A program made the position numbers and the translations under genes. From Rhodospirillaceae bacterium TMED23 (lineage in GTDB: Bacteria > Pseudomonadota > Alphaproteobacteria > Rhodospirillales > UBA2165), in contig NHCC01000019.1 in NCBI GenBank assembly GCA_002168115.1, positions 60,288 through 124,287 on the forward strand: a stretch of DNA of 64,000 bases, written 5' to 3'. Shown here one piece after another: positions 41,197 through 49,769 of the stretch; the stretch's first letter is position 1, and every line of letters starts with the position of its first letter. The notes under the pieces are model-generated. The model was not told where the DNA came from and did not search any database. It was given only the letters and a program-made list of their open reading frames with translations.

Positions 41197-41607
41197 ATGC
41201 CTCTTGAAAAAATTGATCATTATGCTATTCGCACTGAGAAAATGGAAAAAACTAAAATTTTCTATGAGGCTTTGGGCCTATATTCAGGCCCTCGACCTGA
41301 ATTTCCATTTCCGGGATATTGGATGTACTCAGGAGAGGTCCCTTTGGTTCATCTCGTCGGAATAGACCCAAAAAACCCAGAAGGTTTGTATAACTACTTT
41401 GGTGTCAGTAATGTAATATTTCTTGATGGCAGTGGTGCCATTGATCATTTAGCATTTAGAGCCACAGAACCAGATGGCCTTAAAAATAGTTTAGATAATT
41501 TGAAAATAAAATATCGAGAGAGAGAAGTCCCAAACATGAAGCTACTCCAAATATTTGCAGAAGACCCAAACAACATAACTGTCGAGATTAATTATTACGA
41601 ACAATAA
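41197..41607 (+). CDS. VOC/glyoxalase-bleomycin resistance-dioxygenase family protein
   Basis: 136 aa. IDHYAIRTEKMEKTKIFYEALGL...IDHLAFRA is the VOC beta-alpha-beta-beta-beta pattern. Confidence 0.8.
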   Translation: MPLEKIDHYAIRTEKMEKTKIFYEALGLYSGPRPEFPFPGYWMYSGEVPLVHLVGIDPKNPEGLYNYFGVSNVIFLDGSGAIDHLAFRATEPDGLKNSLDNLKIKYREREVPNMKLLQIFAEDPNNITVEINYYEQ

Positions 41608-41646
41608 ATGGACTAAAAAAAATTGTTGGCACCTTAAAGAGTTGTT

Positions 41647-44040
41647 CTAAGTAATCTTTCCAATTGCCATTAAAATTCTCTCAGGTGTGAATGGTTGTCT
41701 AGTAACCTTGCCACCTAGAGGACTTAACGCATCATTTATTGCATTCATAATCACGGCGGGTGCACCTCCAGTTCCGGCCTCACCAGCACCTTTTGCACCC
41801 AACTCCGATTCTAGTGTTGGAGTTTCAACATGCCCCACTTCAATATCCGGCATTTCAACTGCCATCGGAACCAAATAGTCTGCCATCGTTCCATTTAGGA
41901 ATTGACCTTCAGAGTTGTAGAGGCATTCTTCATAAAGAGCTCCACCTAATCCCTGTATAACTCCCCCACGAATCTGCTCGTCAACGAGTTGTGGGTTTAT
42001 AACTGTTCCACAATCTTCAACAACAACGTATTTTTTAAACTTTACAAAACCAGTATTTGTATCAACTTCAACATAACAACCTTGCACCCCATTGGTGAAG
42101 GCGAACGGAAATTGTTTTGGTACATAATGCCGGGTGACAACTAGTTCTGATTGATAATCTTTCGGCAAAGTGTCCGGACGATAATAGCATATTCGCCCCA
42201 CCTCTTCGAGAGAGATTCTCTCAGTATTATTACTCTTATCAACAACATTATTATTGTAAATATCCAGTGTTGCGGGATCAGCCTGTAACATTATTCCTGC
42301 AACCTCTATAATATTTTTTTTGAGTGCCTTACCCGCCTGAACAGTTGCCTCACCGCCAATCGCAGCAGCGCGTGAAGCCCAAGTTCCTCCACCGTAAGGC
42401 GTAACATCCGTATCACCAGTAATTACCCTTACTTTATCTAACGAGATGCCCATGGCGGTTGCGGCGCACTGAGCCACAACGGCCTCAGCCCCCTGGCCTT
42501 GCTCTGTAACGCTAATTTCGACAATAAGGTTTCCTTTTGCATCTAAACGCAGCGTAGCCCCATCCTGAGCTGAAATTGCAGCTCCGCCAATACCATAAAA
42601 AGTTGCCCCAGGGTTTGTAACTTCAATAAACGTAGCAACTCCAATCCCGCGGTAAATACCATTTTCACGAGCTTCCCTCTTATCTTTTTGAAGGGCATCG
42701 TAGTCCAACATTTTGGCTAATTTTTCAAGACATGCGTGATGAGATAATTTCTCAAAAGGTAGACCAGTCGGTGCCGTGCAGGGATAAGAATCATCTGGTA
42801 TTAAATTTTTTCGTCTAATTTCTAGAGGATCCATGCCAATCCTTCTAGCAGCATCATCAACCATTCCCTCAGTAATCAATGTTAGTACGGGATGCCCAAC
42901 CGCCCGATATTGACACATAGGAGATTTGTTCTGCAATACTACACGTGCCTGCGCACGGTAATTTCTATTCTTATATTGCCCACCAGTTAAATTTACCACT
43001 TGATTAACCTCAATACCGCTGGTCCGAGGATATACTGAATATGGCCCTATACCCGTAAGATCGTCGATCTCAAAAGCTTGGATTTCGCCCTCATTTGAAA
43101 CAGCAATTTTTGTGTTTATTCTATGATCTCTAGCATGTATATCGCTTGTGAAAGACTCAAGCCGGTCAGCCGTGAATTTAACGGGTCTTTTGAGGCAATA
43201 GGCGAGAGCTGCTGTCGCATACTCATCGGGATACGAGTGAACCTTTACACCGAAAGACCCCCCAACATCTTTGCAAATAATTCTTACTTTATGTTCCTCA
43301 AGGCCTAGATGTTTTGCAAAAAGATTCTGCATCATATGAGGACATTGGGTTGAAAGGTACACTGTTAATTGCTCTTCGCCAGGATTATAGTCTGCCACGA
43401 TAACCCTAGTTTCAAGACATACTCCTGTATGTCGATTGGAAATATATGTTTCCTCTATTACATGATCCGCGTTTTTAAACGCTGCATCAACGTCGCCGCA
43501 ATCAACGTTTCGTTGCCATGTTAGATTATCACCCAGCTCATCATGAATGACGGGTATGTCAGAATCCAGCGCTCTCTCCATATCAACAACCACATCAAGT
43601 TCATTCCATTCGACCTGTATCAAATCTATTGCATCCTCCGCTTGTGACCTAGTTTTAGCTACAACAGCAACAACTGGCTCTCCTTGCCAACAAGCCTTTC
43701 CAATGGCCAATGCATGCTGCGGCGCTGACTTTATGCCCTCAAGGTGTGATAGAACTCCCACCCAGGGAGTACATATCTTTGCCATCTCTTGGCCTGTCAT
43801 TATTTTTATAACTCCCGGCGACGCCTCTGCTGAAGTCACATCAATCTTAACTATTTCGGCATGAGCGTAGGGAGATCGAAGAAAAGCTACATGAGACTGA
43901 CGAGGTAAGTTTATATCATCGGTAAAAGTCCCCCTACCAGCAAGTAGCCTTTTTGCATTAGGTCTCGGCACCGATTTACCAATATAGCTATTTGGACGAT
44001 CAAGAATGTGATCCTGCATCATTTCTTTAAGATTTGCCAT
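41647..44040 (-). CDS. xanthine dehydrogenase/CoxL-family molybdopterin-binding large subunit (not a CO dehydrogenase)
   Basis: About 797 aa from the ATG at 44040 (GGGAG RBS 9 nt upstream). The N-terminus is the aldehyde oxidase/XDH a/b hammerhead type (GKSVPRPNAKRLLAGRGTFTDDI). The active-site loop reads MCQYRAVGHP (42889-42918). Confidence 0.9.
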   Translation of the reverse strand: MANLKEMMQDHILDRPNSYIGKSVPRPNAKRLLAGRGTFTDDINLPRQSHVAFLRSPYAHAEIVKIDVTSAEASPGVIKIMTGQEMAKICTPWVGVLSHLEGIKSAPQHALAIGKACWQGEPVVAVVAKTRSQAEDAIDLIQVEWNELDVVVDMERALDSDIPVIHDELGDNLTWQRNVDCGDVDAAFKNADHVIEETYISNRHTGVCLETRVIVADYNPGEEQLTVYLSTQCPHMMQNLFAKHLGLEEHKVRIICKDVGGSFGVKVHSYPDEYATAALAYCLKRPVKFTADRLESFTSDIHARDHRINTKIAVSNEGEIQAFEIDDLTGIGPYSVYPRTSGIEVNQVVNLTGGQYKNRNYRAQARVVLQNKSPMCQYRAVGHPVLTLITEGMVDDAARRIGMDPLEIRRKNLIPDDSYPCTAPTGLPFEKLSHHACLEKLAKMLDYDALQKDKREARENGIYRGIGVATFIEVTNPGATFYGIGGAAISAQDGATLRLDAKGNLIVEISVTEQGQGAEAVVAQCAATAMGISLDKVRVITGDTDVTPYGGGTWASRAAAIGGEATVQAGKALKKNIIEVAGIMLQADPATLDIYNNNVVDKSNNTERISLEEVGRICYYRPDTLPKDYQSELVVTRHYVPKQFPFAFTNGVQGCYVEVDTNTGFVKFKKYVVVEDCGTVINPQLVDEQIRGGVIQGLGGALYEECLYNSEGQFLNGTMADYLVPMAVEMPDIEVGHVETPTLESELGAKGAGEAGTGGAPAVIMNAINDALSPLGGKVTRQPFTPERILMAIGKIT

Positions 44041-44536
44041 TGTGACTACTCCCGGCTCGATCAATTGCAACCGTCTCTACAGCATCAATAATTGCCTCAT
44101 AGCCCGTGCATCTGCAGTAATTACCCGAGAGATACTCGCGAATTTCTGCCCTCGTTGGGTTTTTTTTCTGATCGAGTAATTCTGACGACGTCAATAACAT
44201 CCCCGGCGTACAGAAACCGCATTGTAATGCATTGCGTTCATGAAATGCTTTTTGGAGATCCGCAACAATGCCAGCGTCTGATGCGCCTTCAATGGAGATG
44301 ACATCAGCGCCATCGGCCTGAGATGCCAGCATCAAGCATCCTCTGACAACGCTACCATCAACCTGAATACTGCAGGCTCCGCAAACCCCATGCTCACATC
44401 CCACATGTGAGCCGGTTAATTCCAGTTCATTTCTGAGAAAGTCTACTAATGACAAACGCGGTTCAACAAAAGCCTCAACCTTTTCACCGTTTACAACCGT
44501 GTTTATTTTAATTTGTTCTATATTATCCACCACCAA
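44027..44536 (-). CDS. (2Fe-2S)-binding small subunit of molybdenum hydroxylase
   Basis: 169 aa with the two cluster motifs CEHGVCGACS and CGFCTPGM...CRCTGY. GTG start. Confidence 0.9.
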   Translation of the reverse strand: MVVDNIEQIKINTVVNGEKVEAFVEPRLSLVDFLRNELELTGSHVGCEHGVCGACSIQVDGSVVRGCLMLASQADGADVISIEGASDAGIVADLQKAFHERNALQCGFCTPGMLLTSSELLDQKKNPTRAEIREYLSGNYCRCTGYEAIIDAVETVAIDRAGSSHNGKS

Positions 44537-44542
44537 CTCTCC

Positions 44543-45409
44543 CTATCCGCTAGTAATACCTGAAGTAATAGCACGTTTAATTAATTCTTTTGCATAATGA
44601 AGTTTAAGTGTCGCAGATGCATGTAGATCACCAAATGGATCAAGATCATTTCCAACAGCACCCTGCAGTACTTCCAAAGACACATCGCTTATTTTGGCCC
44701 CCTCAAGCTCCCTCATTGCAGTAACGGCAATAATTGGCTTGGCTTCAACAGCAAAAAATACAATCTGAGCATCTGAGATAATTTTTTCCTCAATCTTCGC
44801 ATGAAAAGCCAACCCACACATAGCATAATCTCCATGCCTCCGAGATAGTTCATCAATAAATGAAAAATAATTTTGATCGTAACGGGGTATTTCTATCGCT
44901 GTAATAATTTCGTTTGCTTTTAAATCTGTCTCATATAAGGCCCTGAAAAAATCTTTTGCTTCGACTTTACGGGTCGCAGATGTACTTGTCATCTCGACAA
45001 AACCACGAAGGGCGCACAAACAAGCAGGCAATTCAGCTGCTGGATCCGCTAAAGCTAAACTTCCACCAATAGTACCCCTATTCCTAATTGCCGGATGAGC
45101 AATATATGGCATCGCGGCGTTAATTAATGGTATATGCTCGGAAATAACTGAAGACTTTTCAAGCTCAGCATGACGGGTCATTGAGCCTATTCGAACAGTA
45201 TTGTCAGTCACCGAAATTCCAAACAACTCATCGACACCATTAATATCTATCAACAAGCTTGGTGCTGATAACCGCATATTTAACGTAGGCATTAAACTCT
45301 GGCCGCCCGCCAAAATGTTAGAATCTTCACCGGACTCTCTCAGGAGTTCTAATACTCCAGTTAAGGTAGAAGGTTTCTTGTAGTTGAATGCTGCAGGTTT
45401 CATTGACAC
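44543..45409 (-). CDS. FAD-binding medium subunit of molybdenum hydroxylase (CoxM-like)
   Basis: 288 aa with ILAGGQSLMPTLNMR and AIRNRGTIGGSLA, the FAD-binding PCMH-type pattern. Confidence 0.9.
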   Translation of the reverse strand: MSMKPAAFNYKKPSTLTGVLELLRESGEDSNILAGGQSLMPTLNMRLSAPSLLIDINGVDELFGISVTDNTVRIGSMTRHAELEKSSVISEHIPLINAAMPYIAHPAIRNRGTIGGSLALADPAAELPACLCALRGFVEMTSTSATRKVEAKDFFRALYETDLKANEIITAIEIPRYDQNYFSFIDELSRRHGDYAMCGLAFHAKIEEKIISDAQIVFFAVEAKPIIAVTAMRELEGAKISDVSLEVLQGAVGNDLDPFGDLHASATLKLHYAKELIKRAITSGITSG

Positions 45410-45457
45410 CTCCCAATGACAATTTAAGCTGGCATAATAATCTTATTTTTATTACAA

Positions 45458-45482
45458 ATGTTCGTTCATTAAACTTGAACAT
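45458..45482. promoter_or_regulatory. candidate TetR operator (inverted repeat ATGTTC-N13-GAACAT with nested GTTCA/TGAAC)
   Basis: Read in aaATGTTCGTTCATTAAACTTGAACATcc, in the 177-bp divergent region between coxM-like (45409, minus) and tetR (45587, plus). Confidence 0.3.
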
Positions 45483-45586
45483 CCAATTTATTTTTTTATT
45501 AGAATATACTAAAACCCAAGAATTCGCAATCAAAGGAACTTTCTCTAACCAATTGCACATCCCCTAAATTTGAAACACTAAAACAT

Positions 45587-46294
45587 ATGAACAATTTAAA
45601 AAATTCAAAAAAAACCAAATCTCATGGGTCCCTCAAAGCCGCCAAAGGTCAAAGATTGGGCAAAAAAGAACGTGAGAAGCAAATTATTAATGAGGCAATT
45701 AATTATTTTTCGGAGGTTGGGTTTAGTGGTCAAACTCGAGAGTTAGCGCGTAGATTGAAAATTTCTCAATCCCTTCTTTTTCGGTATTTTCCCACAAAAG
45801 ACGCCATAATTAAACGTGTCTACAAAGAAGTTTATCTGCGGCGATGGAAACCAGAGTGGGAGGCTCTGATTCAAAATCGTGAAATATCAATATCATTACG
45901 ATTAAATACATTTTATCAAGAATATACGGCTGCAATTTTTGAATTTGAATGGGTTAGAATGTTTATCTTTTCAGGCATAAAAGGAGTGTCTTTGTACCAA
46001 CAATATCTCAAATTTATTCACGATAATGTTCTCCATCAAATATGTGTCGAATTAAGACATGAATTTAATATTGATGGTCCTGATCAAATTCCAATATCTC
46101 AAAGAGAACTCGATCTTGCCTGGCATTTTCACGGTGGGATTTTTTATATAGCTATTCGCAAATTTATCTACGGCACAGAAAAGCGTGACGATTTCTCCGA
46201 CGCTATTAGAGATTCAATTTCTGTTTTTATATCTGGTGTTGAGACTGTTTTACAGGATATTCATAAATTAAAAAAAGTTAAAAATATTATTTAG
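45587..46294 (+). CDS. TetR/AcrR family transcriptional regulator
   Basis: 235 aa with the N-terminal HTH REKQIINEAINYFSEVGFSGQTRELARRLKISQSLLFRYFPTKDAI. Confidence 0.85.
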   Translation: MNNLKNSKKTKSHGSLKAAKGQRLGKKEREKQIINEAINYFSEVGFSGQTRELARRLKISQSLLFRYFPTKDAIIKRVYKEVYLRRWKPEWEALIQNREISISLRLNTFYQEYTAAIFEFEWVRMFIFSGIKGVSLYQQYLKFIHDNVLHQICVELRHEFNIDGPDQIPISQRELDLAWHFHGGIFYIAIRKFIYGTEKRDDFSDAIRDSISVFISGVETVLQDIHKLKKVKNII

Positions 46295-46826
46295 TTTCTG
46301 TCAATCTAGGCATTAATTCAACAAAATTACAGGGCTTAAAACGGTAATCTAATTGATGGACCAAAATATCATCCCAGGCATCTCTGCAAGCTCCCGGTGA
46401 TCCCGGCAATGCAAATAAATAAGTTCCGCCTGCAACCCCCGCTGTTGCCCTCGACTGGATTGTTGACGTACCTATTTTATCATAACTTAACATACGGAAT
46501 AACTCACCAAACCCTGGGATTTCTTTTTCATATACTTGCTCAAATGCTTCAGGGGTTAGATCTCGACCTGTAACACCAGTGCCTCCCGTAGAAATAATCA
46601 CATCTATATTTTTATTCTTAATCCAACCTTCCAATTTGATAACAATTTCAGCCAAATCATCTTTGATTATATCTCGCATAATAACTACATGCCCTGCGCC
46701 ATTTATTCGATCCACAAGCGTATCCCCAGATTTATCATCGTCAATGCCTCTTGAGTCTGAAACCGTTAAAACAGCTATATTTATAGGTAGGAACTCTCTT
46801 TCTTCAATAGTTTTCATTATTTTCAA
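46287..46826 (-). CDS. moaB: molybdenum cofactor biosynthesis protein B (MoaB/MogA family)
   Basis: 179 aa with ISTGGTGVTGRDLTPEA and LPGSPGA. Its 3' end overlaps the tetR 3' end by 8 nt (convergent). Confidence 0.85.
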   Translation of the reverse strand: MKIMKTIEEREFLPINIAVLTVSDSRGIDDDKSGDTLVDRINGAGHVVIMRDIIKDDLAEIVIKLEGWIKNKNIDVIISTGGTGVTGRDLTPEAFEQVYEKEIPGFGELFRMLSYDKIGTSTIQSRATAGVAGGTYLFALPGSPGACRDAWDDILVHQLDYRFKPCNFVELMPRLTETK

Positions 46827-46834
46827 TAACCTTA

Positions 46835-48730
46835 TTATTTAGTTTCTTCGGCAATTTCCAGTCCATCGCTACCATTTTGATAAAGAGGCCAATTTCCTTT
46901 TGCAAGCAAATCAAGTGATGGCGTCGTATTATAAAAACGTGCTTGGTAAATCCAATAATTAGCTAAAACCCGTTCAACGAATATTCTTGTCTCTTTAGAG
47001 GGTATACTCTCTATAAACAGCAATGGATCATCTTCATATTTAATACGCCGCATCCATTTATTAAGATTTCCTGGGCCACCGTTCCAAGCAATCATAAGTT
47101 TAAATAGATCCCCTTTTATAATTGGTTCATCTAGTAATATTTTGATATACTTATGTCCGAGAAATAAATTTTTTTCTGGATCAAACAATAGATCCCTCTG
47201 CTTTTTGGAGCCTCTTAAATTCCGATCCCTCGCCACAAAGCTTGCAGTCCGCGGCATCAGCTGGAGCAAGCCTCTAGCTCCACGATGGCTTTTTGCTTTT
47301 GGATTGAATCCTGATTCCTGCCGAATAAGAGCAAGAATTAAAGCACGATCACCCGAGTTTTGATCGGCAACAGGGAGAGTTGGAGCCGGATAAGCTGTAC
47401 TGTCGAATAAGCTAGAGCCCGATGCTACCAGCATGTTCCCAATTCGCATGGCCAAAGACGGCATATTTGCTCGATCTGCAAGAGCCATCATTGCTCGAGC
47501 AAGTTCTGGATTTGAGGTTGAAAATATCATCCTCAATTCTCTCTCAGCCCTACGATATTTTCCAATCTGTAATAAAGAAACAGCCCTAAGCCCCCCTGGC
47601 TTCGCCGCAAGCAAAGAAAGCGCGTCCTTTTTTAAAGGTGGTGGTGCCCAATTATATTTGATCTCAAGCCCCAAAAGGCGACGAGCTAAAATCCCATAGA
47701 ATGTTCTTGGATAGGCTGAAGCCAACTCAAGATACTTAGTATATTGACTTGGGTTCTTTATTTTGATGCTAGCTCGAGCAGCCCAAAAAGCCCCAGCGGT
47801 TAGTAACCATGGTGACGAGTATTTCGATTCAGCCACAGAGTTAAAATGATCCCTCGCAAGTTGATATTTTTTGAGCCTCCAAGCCGATAAAGCAGCCACC
47901 CAATGGGCCTCTGGTAAAAATTTTCCAGACCTTTTAACTGCGGCATTCGACCATTTATACGCCCACTTATCACGACCATCAGCATAATAACCAGCACCCA
48001 GATTAGCCTTTCTCCGATCTAATTCAACCGGATGCAACAACCTCTCTAATTTTTTACTCATCAACAGACTTTTATAAGCTTTAGTCCATCCTTTTCTCGA
48101 ATAAAAACGCATCTTTCTCGATAAATCTCGGCGCTCTCTTCTCAAAGACCGGCTCAATTTACGTTTAGGGTTATAAACAAGAAACCCCAAATCTCTATTC
48201 TTATTGCTATATCCAAAATAACGAGAAACAACTGGTTTTTTTGGCAACTTCCAATTCTTTGGTCGACGTTTTATAGCCAAAGTATATAATCTTCGAGCCT
48301 GAGGATGATCTGCGTATTTTGCCAACCAAGCCTTTAATTCTTTATACTTTGTCCGGTACTTCGTGGGATGCAAATATCTCTGAGCTAAAACATGGCCCAA
48401 AAGGATTCTGTTATCCAAAATTCTAATAATCTTATCCGCTGCCAACCATTCCCCATTTTCTTGTAAATCAAAAATCACTCTATATCGGCTAGCATCAGCT
48501 TCAGAGACGATTCCGTTCAGATGAGACTCTTCAAATAATTTTATTGATTCAGTTTTCTTGAATTTGGGCTCAGCATCTACCGATTTTATTTCTAGTGCAA
48601 AAAGACAAAAAGCTATAGACAACCCAGCAATCAGAAGCTTTAAAACTCTAAATTTAAATAAAATGAATGCTAAAAGAGCCAAAAAAACTGTTTCCCAAGA
48701 TTTTCTTATGCCAATAAACAATGGTTTCAA
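46835..48730 (-). CDS. soluble lytic murein transglycosylase (Slt family)
   Basis: 631 aa with an N-terminal signal/TM, a superhelical repeat region and the C-terminal catalytic motif LIRQESGFNPKAKSHRGARGLLQLMP. Confidence 0.8.
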   Translation of the reverse strand: MKPLFIGIRKSWETVFLALLAFILFKFRVLKLLIAGLSIAFCLFALEIKSVDAEPKFKKTESIKLFEESHLNGIVSEADASRYRVIFDLQENGEWLAADKIIRILDNRILLGHVLAQRYLHPTKYRTKYKELKAWLAKYADHPQARRLYTLAIKRRPKNWKLPKKPVVSRYFGYSNKNRDLGFLVYNPKRKLSRSLRRERRDLSRKMRFYSRKGWTKAYKSLLMSKKLERLLHPVELDRRKANLGAGYYADGRDKWAYKWSNAAVKRSGKFLPEAHWVAALSAWRLKKYQLARDHFNSVAESKYSSPWLLTAGAFWAARASIKIKNPSQYTKYLELASAYPRTFYGILARRLLGLEIKYNWAPPPLKKDALSLLAAKPGGLRAVSLLQIGKYRRAERELRMIFSTSNPELARAMMALADRANMPSLAMRIGNMLVASGSSLFDSTAYPAPTLPVADQNSGDRALILALIRQESGFNPKAKSHRGARGLLQLMPRTASFVARDRNLRGSKKQRDLLFDPEKNLFLGHKYIKILLDEPIIKGDLFKLMIAWNGGPGNLNKWMRRIKYEDDPLLFIESIPSKETRIFVERVLANYWIYQARFYNTTPSLDLLAKGNWPLYQNGSDGLEIAEETK

Positions 48731-48783
48731 GAACTTAAGAGAAATTACTCAGGCAATCAACAACTCAATTGAATAGTTAACAT

Positions 48784-49635
48784 TTATATCGATAATCGGT
48801 GTCTTACCTCTAACAATGCCTGCCATAAACTCTTTTTGTAAATAGGGGATTTAGTAACATTGTATGGATGATGCATTGGCATTGTATCAAAGCCCGGAAA
48901 GTCGATTTTTTTTCCGTACACATGCCATTTACCATTCATTTTAGTTATACTATCTTTGCCATTTAGTAGAATCTGACTAACCGGCCCACCGAGTAATACT
49001 AATATTTGCGGGGAAATTAATTCAATATGCCTCTGGGTAAATGGTAAACAAGACGCGACTTCTTTCTGGGTGGGGTTTCGGTCACCGGGTGGCCTCCAAA
49101 AAAGTAAATTAGTTAAATAAGAATTTGCCCTATTTAAGCCAATTGAATCAATAACTTTGTAAAAAAAATCGCCGTTAACTCCCTGAAAAGGTAATCCTAG
49201 ACGATCATCGTCTGCGGCTGGGACGTAGCCAACAAACATAATCTTTGACCCAGGGTTGCCATCAGCAAAAACAATATTCGTAGCAGTTTTATTGAGAGGA
49301 CAAAGGTCAGATTGTTCAAGTATTAATTTAAGCTCATCAAGAGAACTCGCCGAGTTTGCTGCGGTAATAGCAGCCTGATTAACCCTATCACTTGCGGAGT
49401 GTTTACTTGAAGGTGGGCTAATTTTGAACGATTCCAAATTATCCCCGCCCGAATTAGATGACGATAGAATTTTAGAAATTTCCAATTCAGGATCCTGTGT
49501 TAACTTATTTTTAATATCTGGCAACGTTGGCACTGGTTTTTTAAAATGATTGGCGGGGTTATCTTCTATACACTCATCAATTCCAGCTTCTAACTGCCAC
49601 AAAAGAGCTTCAAGATCGGAAATTTCTGTATTCAT
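48784..49635 (-). CDS. uracil-DNA glycosylase superfamily (family-4-like) protein with non-canonical motifs
   Basis: 283 aa with the core ATNIVFADGNPGSKIMFVGYVPAADDDRLGLPFQG...HHPYNV. Motif A reads GYVPA (49216-49230) instead of GEAPG. An N-terminal extension of about 100 aa is present. Confidence 0.7.
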   Translation of the reverse strand: MNTEISDLEALLWQLEAGIDECIEDNPANHFKKPVPTLPDIKNKLTQDPELEISKILSSSNSGGDNLESFKISPPSSKHSASDRVNQAAITAANSASSLDELKLILEQSDLCPLNKTATNIVFADGNPGSKIMFVGYVPAADDDRLGLPFQGVNGDFFYKVIDSIGLNRANSYLTNLLFWRPPGDRNPTQKEVASCLPFTQRHIELISPQILVLLGGPVSQILLNGKDSITKMNGKWHVYGKKIDFPGFDTMPMHHPYNVTKSPIYKKSLWQALLEVRHRLSI

Positions 49636-49769
49636 TTTAAGCTGAAAATCATATCAATTATTTTATAAGAGCCCTAATTAACGACTTATTAAATGGTAAA
49701 AAGATTGAAATTAATGTAATACGATCATATGTATAAGTAAAAGAATTTATTAATTCTGGATGTAAAAAT

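Noticed and set aside
41183-41365. 60-aa plus-strand ORF overlapping the VOC gene start
   Set aside because: The frame at 41197 gives a complete VOC domain, so this alternative frame is spurious.
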